This document shows, in pieces, positions 1 through 11,593 of a stretch of DNA of 64,000 nucleotides; position 1 is the stretch's first letter, and every line of letters starts with the position of its first letter. A model generated the notes under the pieces. The model worked only from the letters and a program-made list of their open reading frames with translations, was not told the origin of the DNA and searched no databases. The stretch is taken from NCBI GenBank assembly GCA_964016885.1, contig OZ024740.1, positions 109,492,001 to 109,556,000 on the forward strand. The letters run 5' to 3'. Origin of the DNA: Eledone cirrhosa (Eukaryota). Position numbers and translations under genes: made by a program.

Positions 1-3000
1 ATGGAGAGGAGGGTCTGCTAGAGTTCTTGTAGGAAAAAGCCAGTGCTACAAATTTTTCTGGGTGGGAAATGACGATGGGATGGGTGGTGTAGGTATACTA
101 TTAGCTGACAAGTGGGTAGATAAAGTAATCTCAGTGTACAGGGTAAATGCAAGAATCATTAAACTCAGACTAGTCCTGAATAAGACAATTACCACAATAA
201 TATCAGCTTACGCACCCCAATCGGGGCTGCCAGACGAACTTAAGGATAGGTTTTACGAGTCCCTAATACACACTACTGCTCTAACAGACGACAAGGACTT
301 CCTAATCATTGCAGGAGATTTTAACGGACACGTAGGTAAACACTGCGACGGCTTCAATAGAGTACATGGAGGCCATGGAGTTGGCACAAGGAATGAGGAA
401 GGATTCAGACTTCTAGAATTCTGCGACGCCAATGACATGTCGATATGTAACACAAACTTTAAAAAACCCGACAACCACCTGATCACCTATAGATTAGGGG
501 AGCACTCTAGTCAGTTAGATTTTATCCTCATCAGAGGACGTGACAGATGGACGGTCGTAAACACAAAAGCCTTCCCTAGTGAGGAATGTACATCCCAACA
601 TAGCTTAGTTGTCAGCGACCTCACGGTCAGAACTAGACGAACCCGGAAACAGAGGCCAACCTGGAGAAGAAAGATCTGGAAGCTGAAAGTCCCCTCAACC
701 AGTAACAGATTTAAAGATATTTTACTCAACGCCTACGACAGTAAAGAACAGATAGACATTTAACGTAGAAGAGAACTGGGAGTTCCTAAAAAATAACTTA
801 CTAGAGGCGACGGATGAGGTTTGTGGCTGGAGTAAGACCTCAAGCAGGAGGAGAGTGACTTGGTGGTGGAACAATAAGGTAGATGAAGCAGTCAAGGCCA
901 AGAGACAGGCATGGAAAGAATGGAAGAACGGGGGGAGCAGGGTACATTACATAGAGACCAAGAGGGAAGCTAGGCGACAAGTATACTTAGCTAGGAGGGA
1001 AGCAGAGGATAGAAAATTCAAGCATGTTTTACAACGTGAGGACCAGAAACGGGAGGTATTCAAGATTGCGAGGCAGTGTGTCAGAGATAGTTGTGATGTC
1101 ATTGGAGAGAAGTGTATCTGGAATGATAAAGGTGAGCTTGCCCTCACAAGTGCTGAGAAGAAAGATGCATGGAAGAGTCATTATGATAGATTACTAAATG
1201 AGGAGAATGCATGGGAAGAAGAGACCCTACCCCATGTAGACCCTATAGAGGGACCAGCAGTACAAGTCAGCAGCAGCGTAGTAAGTAAGGCAATCAGAGA
1301 TATGAAGATGGGGAAGGCAACTGGTCCATCGGGTATAGCTGCCGAGATGCTGAAGGCATCTGGGTCTGTAGGTCACACTATAACCACACGTATCGTTAAC
1401 CAGGTAATACTAGAAGGGGCCATACCAAAAGATTGGTGCAGTAGCATCATTGTCAACTGCTACAAAGGTAAAGGCGATGCACTAGATAGAGGAAACTATA
1501 GAGGTATTAAGTTGATGGACCAGGTCATGAAAGTAACAGAAAGAGTTATAGCACAGCTGATTAGGGACCGGGTGAATATAGACGAGATGCAATTTGGGTT
1601 TGTACCAGAGAGAGGCACCACTGATGCCCTCTTCCTTGTGAGGCAATTACAGGAAAAGTACCTAGCTAAAAGTAAGCCACTCTACTTGGCATTTGTCGAC
1701 CTTGAGAAAGCCTTTGACAGAGTTCCACGTGCAGTAATCTGGTGGGCTCTTAGAAAACTAGGAGTAGATGAATGGCTTGTGAAAGCGGTACAAGCCATGT
1801 ATAGGGGAGCAGTCAGCAAAGTTAGGATTAGCAATGAGTATAGCGAGGAATTTAGCGTACAGGTTGGGGTCCACCAGGGCTCTGTTCTTAGCCCTCTCCT
1901 GTTCATCATAGTCCTGCAGGCAATAACGGAGGAGTTTAAGACCGGATGCCCATGGGAACTCCTGTATGCTGATGACCTCGCACTCATAGCTCAAAGTCAA
2001 CATGACAAAGACTAAGGTCCTTGTAAGTAGACGAGAAAACAGAACCCAGACCCCCTCAGGGAAATGGCCTTGCTCAGTATGTAGGAAAGGTGTAGGTAGG
2101 AACTCCATTCTCTGCCCCAAATGCAAACAATGGGTACACAAGAGATGTAGCGGGATCTCAGGAAGCTTAATTAAGAATGTAGGTTTCACATGCAGCAGCT
2201 GTGCTGAAACAGCAAGCAAACAGCCACAGGAAACAAGTACCACCAATCTCTGGGAGGGCCCTGTAGAAACAGTAGACAGCTTCTGCTACATAGGTGACCG
2301 AATTAGCAACGGAGGTGGGTGCTCAGAAAGTACAATAACTAGGGTAAGAACGGGATGGAAGAAGTTTAGGGAACTACTACCACTGCTAGCTGCAAAAGGC
2401 TTCTCCCTCAGAATGAAAGGCAGACTGTATGATGCGTGTATCCGAACAGCGATGTTGCATGGTAGTGAGACCTGGGCGCTGAAGGTGGAAGACTTACGTA
2501 GATTAGAGAGAAACGAAGCCTGCATGCTCCGATGGATGTGTAACAGTAATATACGTGAACGACAAAGCATAAAGGAATTGAGAGAGAGACTGAGTATAAG
2601 AGGAATCAAATGCTGTGTGCAGGAGAGGCGGTTACGCTGGTATGGACATGTGATGCGTGTGAAGGATGACAGCTGCATAAAAAGGTGCAGAGCACTAGAA
2701 GTTGATGGAAACCGCGGAGTGGGGAGACCCAAGATGACTTGGGATGAGGTGATAAAAGCCGACCTTACCCAACTACACCTCTCAAAGACAATGACACACG
2801 ACCGTGACTTCTGGCGTCACGCAGTAATACAGGGTACCCGACCTCCCATGGGTACATGCTGAAGCATATAAACAATATGCCCCCACTCCCTCCCACCGCA
2901 AGGTGGTCGTGGAGGTGCCACGGCAAAAAAAGCACCCAGCCCACACTGTAAAGTGGACGTGTAGGCGCCACGAAAAAGCACCCAGCACTCACTGTAAATG

Positions 3001-3172
3001 AGGTTGGTGTTAGGAAGGGCATCCAGCTGTAGAAATCAAGCCAGATCAGTTCCTGTATGAGAAAGGCATGGTCAGCCGACCAGACACTGCCCACAACAGG
3101 AATACCCGTCTAACCCATGCTAGCGTGGAAGAACGGACGTAAAACGGTGATTATGATGATGATGATGATGAT
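1..3172 (+). mobile_element. RTE-clade LINE, copy A (5' end outside window), disrupted APE-RT ORF, 3' UTR and (GAT)n tail
   Basis: ORF pieces 62-763 (APE: SAYAPQ, IAGDFNGHVG, QLDFILI, SQHSLVV), 855-2015 (RT: NYRGIKL, QFGFVP, FVDLEKAFDRV, GVHQGSVLSPLLF, LLYADDLAL) and 2002-2862 (LHGSETWAL, RLRWYGHV, GRPKMTW). Ends in gatgatgat at ~3148-3172. Confidence 0.95.
62..2862 (+). pseudogene. Frameshifted APE endonuclease-reverse transcriptase ORF of RTE copy A
   Basis: +1 frame change at ~753-763. A ~65-bp deletion after YADD at ~1992 relative to copy B (15192-15256). Confidence 0.9.
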
Positions 3173-3474
3173 AAACACCAACCTCATATATATATAAACA
3201 AATAATTTTATCGCTCTACATGGCTGAATACAAGGAATGTAAATCTCAGTTTTTTTAATATTAATAATTATTCGATTCGTTTGCAATCATGCAAACACCC
3301 TCTTTAAGCCATGTGAGTGGAATGACCCCATCATTCTTGCTCTTATGTTGCAAATGAATCAAATATCAATATTCGAAAAACTCAGATTTTGATTTCTTAT
3401 ATATACTCCCACAGTAGACTGAATAATGTTTATTTATTTTAATTTAATCAGAACAAATCTTTAATAATTTGAGA

Positions 3475-3865
3475 ATAAATGATGATAGTATCCCAACTTA
3501 TCAACTTAAAGGCTCTCGTAGACAAGTACGCCAACCACTACTTTGCTCGAAAGACAAGCTTAGGGGTAAATTGAAGCGTCTGAATATGAATATTAACAGC
3601 TGGTAAAATGTTGCCAATAATAGGACTGAGTAGAGAAAGCAATACTATATGAAACTTGTTAAATCAAAGACAGTTATCAATATAACCTTGTTCCTGCAAA
3701 CTATCAATGTTTTCATTGCAACTTTTCAACTGGAACAAATGATGGGCTAAAGAGTCATCTCAGGACTCGCATCATTCCTGAAAATTTGGAAAACTTGACA
3801 TGAAATTTCTGTAACCATTCCTGTAAAAATGCTACAAGCCTGTAATTACACATGTGTGTTCACCA
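3475..3865 (+). mobile_element. Ancient RTE-like LINE C-terminal relic with two degenerate C2H2 zinc fingers
   Basis: Manual translation gives KGSRRQVRQPLLCSKDKLRGKLKRLNMNINSW*NVANNRTE*R (like GRPxLRxKDxLK...W...A.DR..WR), then YQCFHCNFSTGTNDGLKSHLRTR and *NFCNHSCKNATSL*LHMCVH (C-x2-C-x12-H-x3-H spacing), with in-frame stops. Confidence 0.65.
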
Positions 3866-3995
3866 AGTGAAATAATGTTGGGACATTTTCTTTGTTGAAT
3901 TCCACTAACCAGTTCTTGCCTGGGAACTGCTTTTGCTTTATCTTCTGTTGAAAACTCACATGATTTTCAATGGGAGACTCCATCATATATATATA

Positions 3996-4095
3996 TCATC
4001 ACCGTTCACTGTTTTTACGTCCATTTTTCTATGCTAGCATGGGTTAGACAGGTTGTCCTGTTGTGGGTAATACTAGGTCAGGTGACCATGTTTTG
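3996..4095 (-). mobile_element. RTE 3'-tail fragment
   Basis: Reverse complement matches the copy A tail (cccacaacagga...taacccatgctagc...ggacgtaaaa...gatg). Confidence 0.8.
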
Positions 4096-5557
4096 CACAC
4101 ATATATATATATATATATATCTCAAGGTATGTTCAGATTCATTATTATCAGACTGCCATTTTCCTCTGCTAAATTAGGACTAAGGCATTGCACCTATAGA
4201 AGTAGCCTCACATCATGCAGCAGTTATTGCTGGCTGTTTTCCATATCAATGCTTTCTTCAACTTGTCTGCAGGTCACAGTTGAGATATACCCTCCAGTTA
4301 AAAGTAGAGTATTTACCATCTGCCCATGTCTTTTCCCATGTTTTCTTTTTGTCATAATAATAATGTAAACCTTTTAAACAAACTTGTATTAAGACTGACT
4401 TTTAACACAATCCTTCCCCACAGGTATATCAACAACTCGGCTCTACTTCTAAACTACTTTCAAAACTGTCTGTTTTAATAATTCATACTTCAAAAACTGA
4501 CAAAGCTGAAGATTGCACTTGAGAAGGCTAAGTTGTGTAACCAAAAGTTTTTTTTTATTAACTAAGGTAAGATTGCTATCTTCCATTTTCAAAGTGATAC
4601 CATTTGATTTAACATCAAGCTAAGTTTTTCTTTTTTTATTGCTTTGTACAGTAAACAAATTGGTGATCTTTTGAATTAAGATGACAGACACTTCTGGCTT
4701 CTGGCAGTGAACATGACAGGAATTTTGGTAGTGTAGTAGTCATCACCATTGATACTTTTATGCAATTTTTGAAATGTAAAAGACTCATCACTGTATAATT
4801 AAATTTTTTGCAATTTTCCTTTCATAATAAATCACTCAGACTTATCATTATACAAGTAAATCAGATTACATACACCGTCTTTTCCTCACTTTCATTTATG
4901 GTTGCAGCTGATTGTTTTTACTGAGACAGACCACCAGAAGTGTCTGTGATCTGAAATCAAAAGATTGCCAATATATAATTTCTGTTTGATGTTTTATCTA
5001 TTTTTGTTTTCCAAAATAACTCTAAAAAAACTAGTTAATGATAAAAAGAAAAATAGGAAAGTAAAGAAAAACAAAAAAAAGTGGAAAAGTGGAGAAGAGT
5101 GAAACTCAACGACACCTATGGCTAGACTGTTATATTTCAGCCATAATCTGTAAAGGTGAGGAAAATATTGCTATGGAGACCACAGTAACATATTGTATAG
5201 CTGTTTATAAATGTTCTATATTTCGTTTCCTGTCTTACATTGAAAGTGATGGCAATTCTTAGGTTTAACATTAGTTTTTCATTTTGTCACGTGGCAGTTA
5301 CATCTTTTCGTTTAGCAGTTAATGAAGAACCCCCTTCTCTCTCTGCCATATACTATGGCCATCTTGTTTGTCATAAGATTGGATTACTTTGCCTTCGTTT
5401 TTGTATATGTTCTTGTTGTTACTTTAGAGAGATGGGTGAGAAACTCACTATAAAGTAAAGTAATATTAATTATTCAATATTGATTATAAAAAGGATTTGA
5501 GGATTCCATTAGAGTTTTAAGTGAAATTACCAGAAAAATGTTTGTTTTCCTTTTCTT

Positions 5558-5876
5558 TGCCCATTTATTGCTGAACGGGTTATGGAGGCAGTCCCCTCAA
5601 ACACTTCTTCTAGTAGGTTCTTTCAGAAGCAACCGTCTCCAATTGATCCAGCTGGATCCCCAAATAAGACCAGTCAAGCTAATGGATGTTTCATGGGACC
5701 AGCTGTGGAAGGTTTTGCAGGAGTATGGGATTGATGGTCAGCTCCTTGTTGCCCTGATGTCTATATGAATACTCGAGTATTTGTGTTTAGATAAATGGTG
5801 CTAAATTGAAACCATTCAATGTGGGAGTCGGACTCTACCAAGAGTGTATACTGTCACCTCTCCTGTTCATTATTTT
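5558..5876. mobile_element. Expander/Rex3-like RTE fragment: minus-strand 3' end joined to a plus-strand RT piece
   Basis: 5685-5876 (+) reads VSWDQLWKVLQEYGIDGQLL...PFNVGVGLYQECILSPLLFII (RT). 5558-5685 resembles the minus-strand 3' end at 27478-27690. Confidence 0.6.
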
Positions 5877-6164
5877 ATTACATTTATTATCAATTGACAT
5901 GCACAGCAGGATTTTAAAAAATTTTATTTTAGATCTTAAATAAAGAAATGTACTTTTTTTCTCTTTTTGTCTAAAGAATGATTGTTTTTTTAATTGCAAA
6001 ATTGTAATCTTATTTCTAAAATATATAATTAAATCTTTTTGCTATTTCTCATAAACTAACAAGGAAGCTTATACATTGTCTTAGTGTAGCAGCCAAAAAT
6101 AAGAAAAAGTTCTGGAGGAGTTCAAAACGTAGAATTCTTAAAAATAAACAAATGCCTGAATATA

Positions 6165-6505
6165 TCATCATCATCATTTCATTTTACGTCCGATTTTTCC
6201 CTGCTTGCAAGGGTGGGACGGGAACTGATTCTGGCATGATTTCTACAGCTGGATGCCCTTCCTAACACCAACCTCATTTACAGTGAGTGCTGGGTGCTTT
6301 TTTTTCGTGGTGCCTACACATCCATTTTACAGTGGATTGATAGGGACCCCAGTCCCTATCATCTCATTTCTACAGCTGAGTAAACTGGAGCAATGTGAAA
6401 TAAAGTGTCTTGCTCAAGGAAACAACACATCACCCGGTCCAAGAATTGAATTCACAACCTTTTGATTGCAAGCCCAATGCTCTAACCACTAAGCCATGTG
6501 CCTCC
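6165..6505 (-). mobile_element. tRNA-derived CORE SINE with RTE-derived 3' tail
   Basis: Minus strand starts GGAGGCACATGGCTTAGTGGTTAGAGC (A box), has a B-box-like AATTCAATTC and a CORE-like TCCTTGAGCAAGACACTT, then a tail matching the RTE 3' UTR (ggaagggcatccagctgtagaaatc ... gatgatg). Confidence 0.85.
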
Positions 6506-6535
<30 letters not shown>

Positions 6536-6536
<1 letters not shown>

Positions 6537-7152
6537 GAAATAGTGGACACCTTCCGTTACCTGGGTGACAAAATCAGCAGTGGTGGAGGGTGCTCCGAAA
6601 GTACTGTAGTTAGTCAGAACGGGATGGAAAAAATTCAGAGAGCTTATACCGCTATTGGCCACTAAAGGTTTCTCTCTAAAAATGAAATGAAAGGCAGGCT
6701 GTATGATGCCTGCATACGAACAGCGATATTACATGGCAGTGAGACATGGACATTGTGTGCAGAGGATCTACGCAGACTGGAGAGGAACGAAGCTTGCATG
6801 CTCCGTTGGATGTGTAATAATAATATACGCGAACGGCAAAGCATAAATGAATTGAGAAATTAGGAATAAGAGGGATCAGATGATATTTACTCAAGAGAAG
6901 ACTACGTTGGTATGGTCACGTGATGTGCATGAAAGATGACAGCTGTATAAAAAAGTGCAGGGCGATCAAAATAGACGGTAGCTACGGAGTAGGCAGACCC
7001 AGAAACGTGGTTGGTGTTAGGAAGGGCATCCACCCGTAGAAAACCCGCCAGAAAGTCCTGATCAAGACAACCAATCTTGCCTCAAGTGGGACAATTCCCA
7101 CCCAGACCCATGCTAGCATGGAAGATGGACGTTAAACGATGATGACGATGAT
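6536..7152 (+). mobile_element. 5'-truncated RTE fragment (same subfamily as copy D), internally deleted
   Basis: Near-identical to 53898-54863 (aaatagtggaca..., GSETW, RLRWYGH). (GAT)n tail; abuts (TA)n. Confidence 0.9.
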
Positions 7153-7269
7153 ATATAAAAGTTATGGTCATCTACTCCCAAACTCTATTAAAATGTGCCT
7201 ATTTTATGAAACAAATGTGCTTATCATTCTTATGGCAGTATATATACTTCACTACAGTAGACACAGACA

Positions 7270-7640
7270 GGGCTGACTAGTTTGGAAGCTTCTGGAGATC
7301 AACCTGTCCAAGTCAGGTCATCAATGTAAGCTATGGCAAAGCAGAATACTAAGATGTACTTGGCATCAATCCTATCCTAGCTGGGGCTTGGCTAACCATG
7401 AAGGACACTCTCTGAATTCTCAACTATCCAATCCTCCTGAAAGTCATACGTAGGTGCCTGGAGACGAAGTATGCAGACCTCATGAAGATGACAGAGATAT
7501 TGCACCTTATTGCCACACACCCAGTGCTCTCCCTCCCGAGGAATGCTTCACTCTCCCCAAATTCCTTTTTATGCCACGTGGTGCACCTTGCCATCCACTA
7601 GCAGATCGCCTTATCAAACTCAATGCCACTATCCAAATCT
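7270..7640 (+). mobile_element. CRE-clade non-LTR retrotransposon RT fragment (degenerate)
   Basis: Reads ...ETKYADLMKMTEILHLIATHPVL / EECFTLPKFLFMPRGAPCH, resembling the CRE post-RT motif L..H.AL.LL.NCF.LPKL.Y.LR..PC. Confidence 0.55.
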
Positions 7641-7884
7641 GATGATGGAGCCCCCATATATATAGTCTGCAAAAAAATTTGTTTTTAAATAAGAAATACA
7701 TTTAATTTGCATAAAATGTTACCACTCTTCCTTTGATGACCTAAACATGTTTAATTTCTTTACTGGTTAATCCAACCCTGCTGTGCTGAAATCTACAACA
7801 CCAGCTATATGTCTAGAGAGATAGAAATTGTCATGGAGTCCATAATGACCACCTCTTCTGTGATCATAAGCAGAACCTACAGTT

Positions 7885-8122
7885 GTATAGAGATAGTCTG
7901 GAGAGTGGGGACAGTGCAACATGTTCAAACTGTCACACTGCACTACATGAGAATAACTATGGCATGTACTAGTGTATAGAGACAGTGCAACATGTTCAAA
8001 CTATTACACTGCACCACATGAGGTTAACTATGGCATGTCAGAATGTATAGAAATATTCCTGACATGTTCAAACTGTCACACTGTGCCACATGAGACTATG
8101 GCATGTACTACTGTATAGAAAT
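7885..8122. repeat. ~70-bp unit repeated about three times (degenerate)
   Basis: Recurrent acatgttcaaactgtcacactgcactacatgag...actatggcatgt...gtatag. Confidence 0.8.
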
Positions 8123-8258
8123 AGACTTTATCTAGTAAACAAAACTTAACTTTCATTCAGCAGAGATTTATCATCAGAATTGTGAAGTTCTGAACTCAAT
8201 GATTACTCTAAAGATATTTCTTAATATAAATATATCTGGATTTATTTAGCTAGAAAGA

Positions 8259-8280
8259 TCTCTCTTTCTCTCTCTTCCTC

Positions 8281-8329
<49 letters not shown>

Positions 8330-8330
8330 C

Positions 8331-8389
<59 letters not shown>

Positions 8390-8413
8390 CTTTCTTTCTC
8401 TCTCTCTCTCTTT
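8259..8413. repeat. (CT)n/(CTTT)n microsatellite
   Basis: Pure pyrimidine tract, seen directly. Confidence 0.95.
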
Positions 8414-9004
8414 ATGAGTCATAAGTTTTTACACCTGTAAATCAGCACATATGCACATACACATATGACATGGCTGAGTAGACAGACAGACACAGATAGA
8501 TGGCTGTATGGATGACTGAATATATATATATAGGTGTGTATATATGTATATAGGTGTGTATATATATATATATATATAGGTGTGTGTATGACAAGGGAAG
8601 TGAGTCGAAAGAAGAGATGTATATCTCATAAGTGATATACATCAATGGTTGCCATAGTTACAACTAAATAGTGTATACAGTATATGTTGCACCCCCCCCC
8701 CCCCCCCATCATCATCATCCTCATTATTACCAATAGAGCAGACAATCCAAGTTTCTTTGACTCATGACTATTTATTAGTCCATATTATTATAATGTTCAA
8801 TGAGTCACATTTACTAATGTTCTTTAATACTGGTGGTGGTGTGGTGGGGGTAAACCTTCTGCCAGTGGTTGGGGCTGGAGATGTGGGGTGGGGGGGGGGT
8901 TATAAAGGTTTAGTAACTTACCCTCTTCGCCCCCCCCCCCTGCCCCCCCTTTTTGTATTAGTCAGACAGGTGTTTGTTGCAGTTATATGTATTTAAATGC
9001 ATGC

Positions 9005-10200
9005 ACCACTGCTGCTGCTACCACCACCACTACCACCACCACTACCACCACCACTACCACCACCACCACTACCACCACCACCACTACCACCACCACTACC
9101 ACCACCACTACCACCACTACCACCACTACCACCACTACCACCACTACCACCACTACCACCACCACAAACACCACCACCAACACTACCACCAACACTACCA
9201 CCACCACCACCACCACAACCACCACAACCACCACCACCACCACTACTACTACCACCACCATTATCACCACCATTACCACCACTACTACTACCACCACCAC
9301 TACCACCAACACTACCACCAACACTACCACCAACACTACCACCACCAACACCACCACCACCACCACCACCACCACCACAACCACCACCACAACTACCACC
9401 ACCACAACTACCACCACCACCACTACTACTACTACTACCACCACCACCACTACCACTACCATCACTACCACAACTACCATCACCACCACCATCACTACCA
9501 CAACTACCACCACCACCAACACTACCACCACCAACACTACCACCACCACCACCACAACCACCACCACAACTACCACCACAACTACCACCACCACTACCAC
9601 CACCACCACAACTACCACCACAACTACCACCACCACCACCGTCACCACCACCACCACCACCACCACCACCACCACCACCACCACTACTACTACTACCACC
9701 ACCACTACCACCACTACCACAACTACCATCACCACCATCACCACCACCACCACTACCACAACTACCACCACCACCATTACCACTACCACCACCACCAACA
9801 CTACCACAACCACCACCACAACCACCACCACCACCACAACTACTACCACCACCACAACTACCACTACCACCACAACCACTACCACCACAACTACCACCAC
9901 CACCATCACCACCACTACCACTACCACCACCACCATCACTACCACAACTACCATCACCACCACCACCATTACCACCACTACTACTACCACTACCACCACA
10001 ACTACCACCACTACCACCACCACCACTGCCACCACCACTACCGCCACCACCACTACCACCACCACCACTACCACCACCACCACCACTACCACCACCACCA
10101 CAACTACCACCACCACCGCAACTACCACCACTACCACCACCACCACCACCACCACAACTACCACCACCACTACCACCACCACTGCCACCACCACTACCAC
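9005..10200. repeat. ~1.2-kb degenerate (CAC)n trinucleotide repeat with TAC/AAC/CAA variants
   Basis: Seen directly. Explains the poly-His/Thr/Pro/Val ORFs in four frames. Confidence 0.97.
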
Positions 10201-10369
10201 ATAGAACCTGTTAGATGTTCTGGTTTATGAAATGTAAAATAATATAGAGTAATGGGGACAATAATGAGTGGTGGTGGTGGTGGAGGAGGATATAGTGATG
10301 ATACTAAAGATAATTTCTTTGTGTGCGTGTGTGATGATGATGGAGCTTATGGAAGTTATCTAATCATCT

Positions 10370-10632
10370 TGCTTGGGAGGTCCACCTCTGGGGCTCCTCC
10401 TGGTTGACTTTGCTCATAAAATCTGCCCAGCAATTCTTTCCTTAGACATTCTAACCATATGACCATAATACCAAAGTTGTGGTCTTTTGATTCAGAGAAG
10501 TAGCATCCCTAACTGGAGCAACTCTGTTCTCCAAGCTATGCAGCCTATCAAGTAATGTTATACTAAAGACCCTTTGGAGAAACCTCATCTCGGCTATTTG
10601 TATTTGCAATCACATTCTTGTATTCATGATTG
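10370..10632 (-). mobile_element. Expander/Rex3-like RTE C-terminal fragment
   Basis: Minus strand reads QIQIAEMRFLQRVFSITLLDRLHS..., resembling IQAAEMRFLRRV...LRDRVRS. Confidence 0.65.
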
Positions 10633-11144
10633 TATTCTTCAGTAAGGGGCTAGTCTAGGGTGTTAAATACTCAGATGCCAGCCCTAGGTGGTGGAGGAGG
10701 AGGTGGGGATGATGTCATTGTATGATGGTACTTGAAGAGTCAAGCAGAGTTGGAACATAGCAAAAAGAGAAACACATGGACAGGATGGGGTAGTATCTGA
10801 AGAGATGGTCACTGTTGGAATGGCAGAACAAAAGTATTACAACTCTTGGGCTAAATTCCTTTTGGAACTTAGAGCTAGTCTCCTGTGTTAGTGCACAATA
10901 TTTGCATATACACACATATTCATATATATATATATTTGACAACAGCTGGTGATATGTAAGTAAGTAAATATTCTCTTTATCTGATATTTTGTAACTAACC
11001 TTACATAGATCGTTATTAAAGTATAGTTACGATGTACTATCATCACCTAGAAACGATCATAAAGCAGTGAAGTATATTTCTAATGACTTGATTTTTTATT
11101 TCATTGTTTTAACTTATATATCATCATCTTCGTTTAACGTCCAT

Positions 11145-11145
11145 T

Positions 11146-11180
<35 letters not shown>

Positions 11181-11182
11181 AG

Positions 11183-11237
<55 letters not shown>

Positions 11238-11392
11238 TACAGAGACATGCATACATATACACATATTCATATATATATATATACATACACACACACACAG
11301 ACATGCATACATATACACACATATACACTCACACACAGACATGTATGCATGCACACTCATATATACACATTCATTCATAAAGACACACATAC
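11145..11392. repeat. (TA)n followed by degenerate (CA)n microsatellite
   Basis: Seen directly. Confidence 0.95.
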
Positions 11393-11593
11393 ACCTTCAG
11401 TAGCCAATGCTTTCACTTGCTAATCAGTAGCTAATTACACTCTAGAACTTATTGTAGAACTATAATGGTTACATAGACTTTGCTAGAAATAGCTACCAGG
11501 TCTCCCTTAAACCACACACTACCATCCCCTTTTTTAAGGTCTATTTAAACAAGATAGATGAATCTTTCAACTACCAATAGTCCTGTTTCTGTT

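Noticed and set aside
253-3094. Antisense ORFs over the RTE copies (also 13476-16375 and 29004-29956)
   Set aside because: Shadow ORFs of the LINE coding strand; they recur only because the copies are homologous.
6430-6505. tRNA genes (also 53285-53358 and 41260-41343)
   Set aside because: The tRNA-like heads continue into SINE bodies and tails, and no clean cloverleaf or acceptor stem is evident.
7885-8122. Clustered p53-type half sites (ACATGTTC, GGCATGT)
   Set aside because: Imperfect RRRCWWGYYY matches, not paired as full sites; explained by the local tandem repeat.
8974-10230. Poly-His/Thr/Pro/Val 400-aa ORFs as real genes
   Set aside because: Overlapping frames of one trinucleotide repeat, with no non-repetitive coding context.
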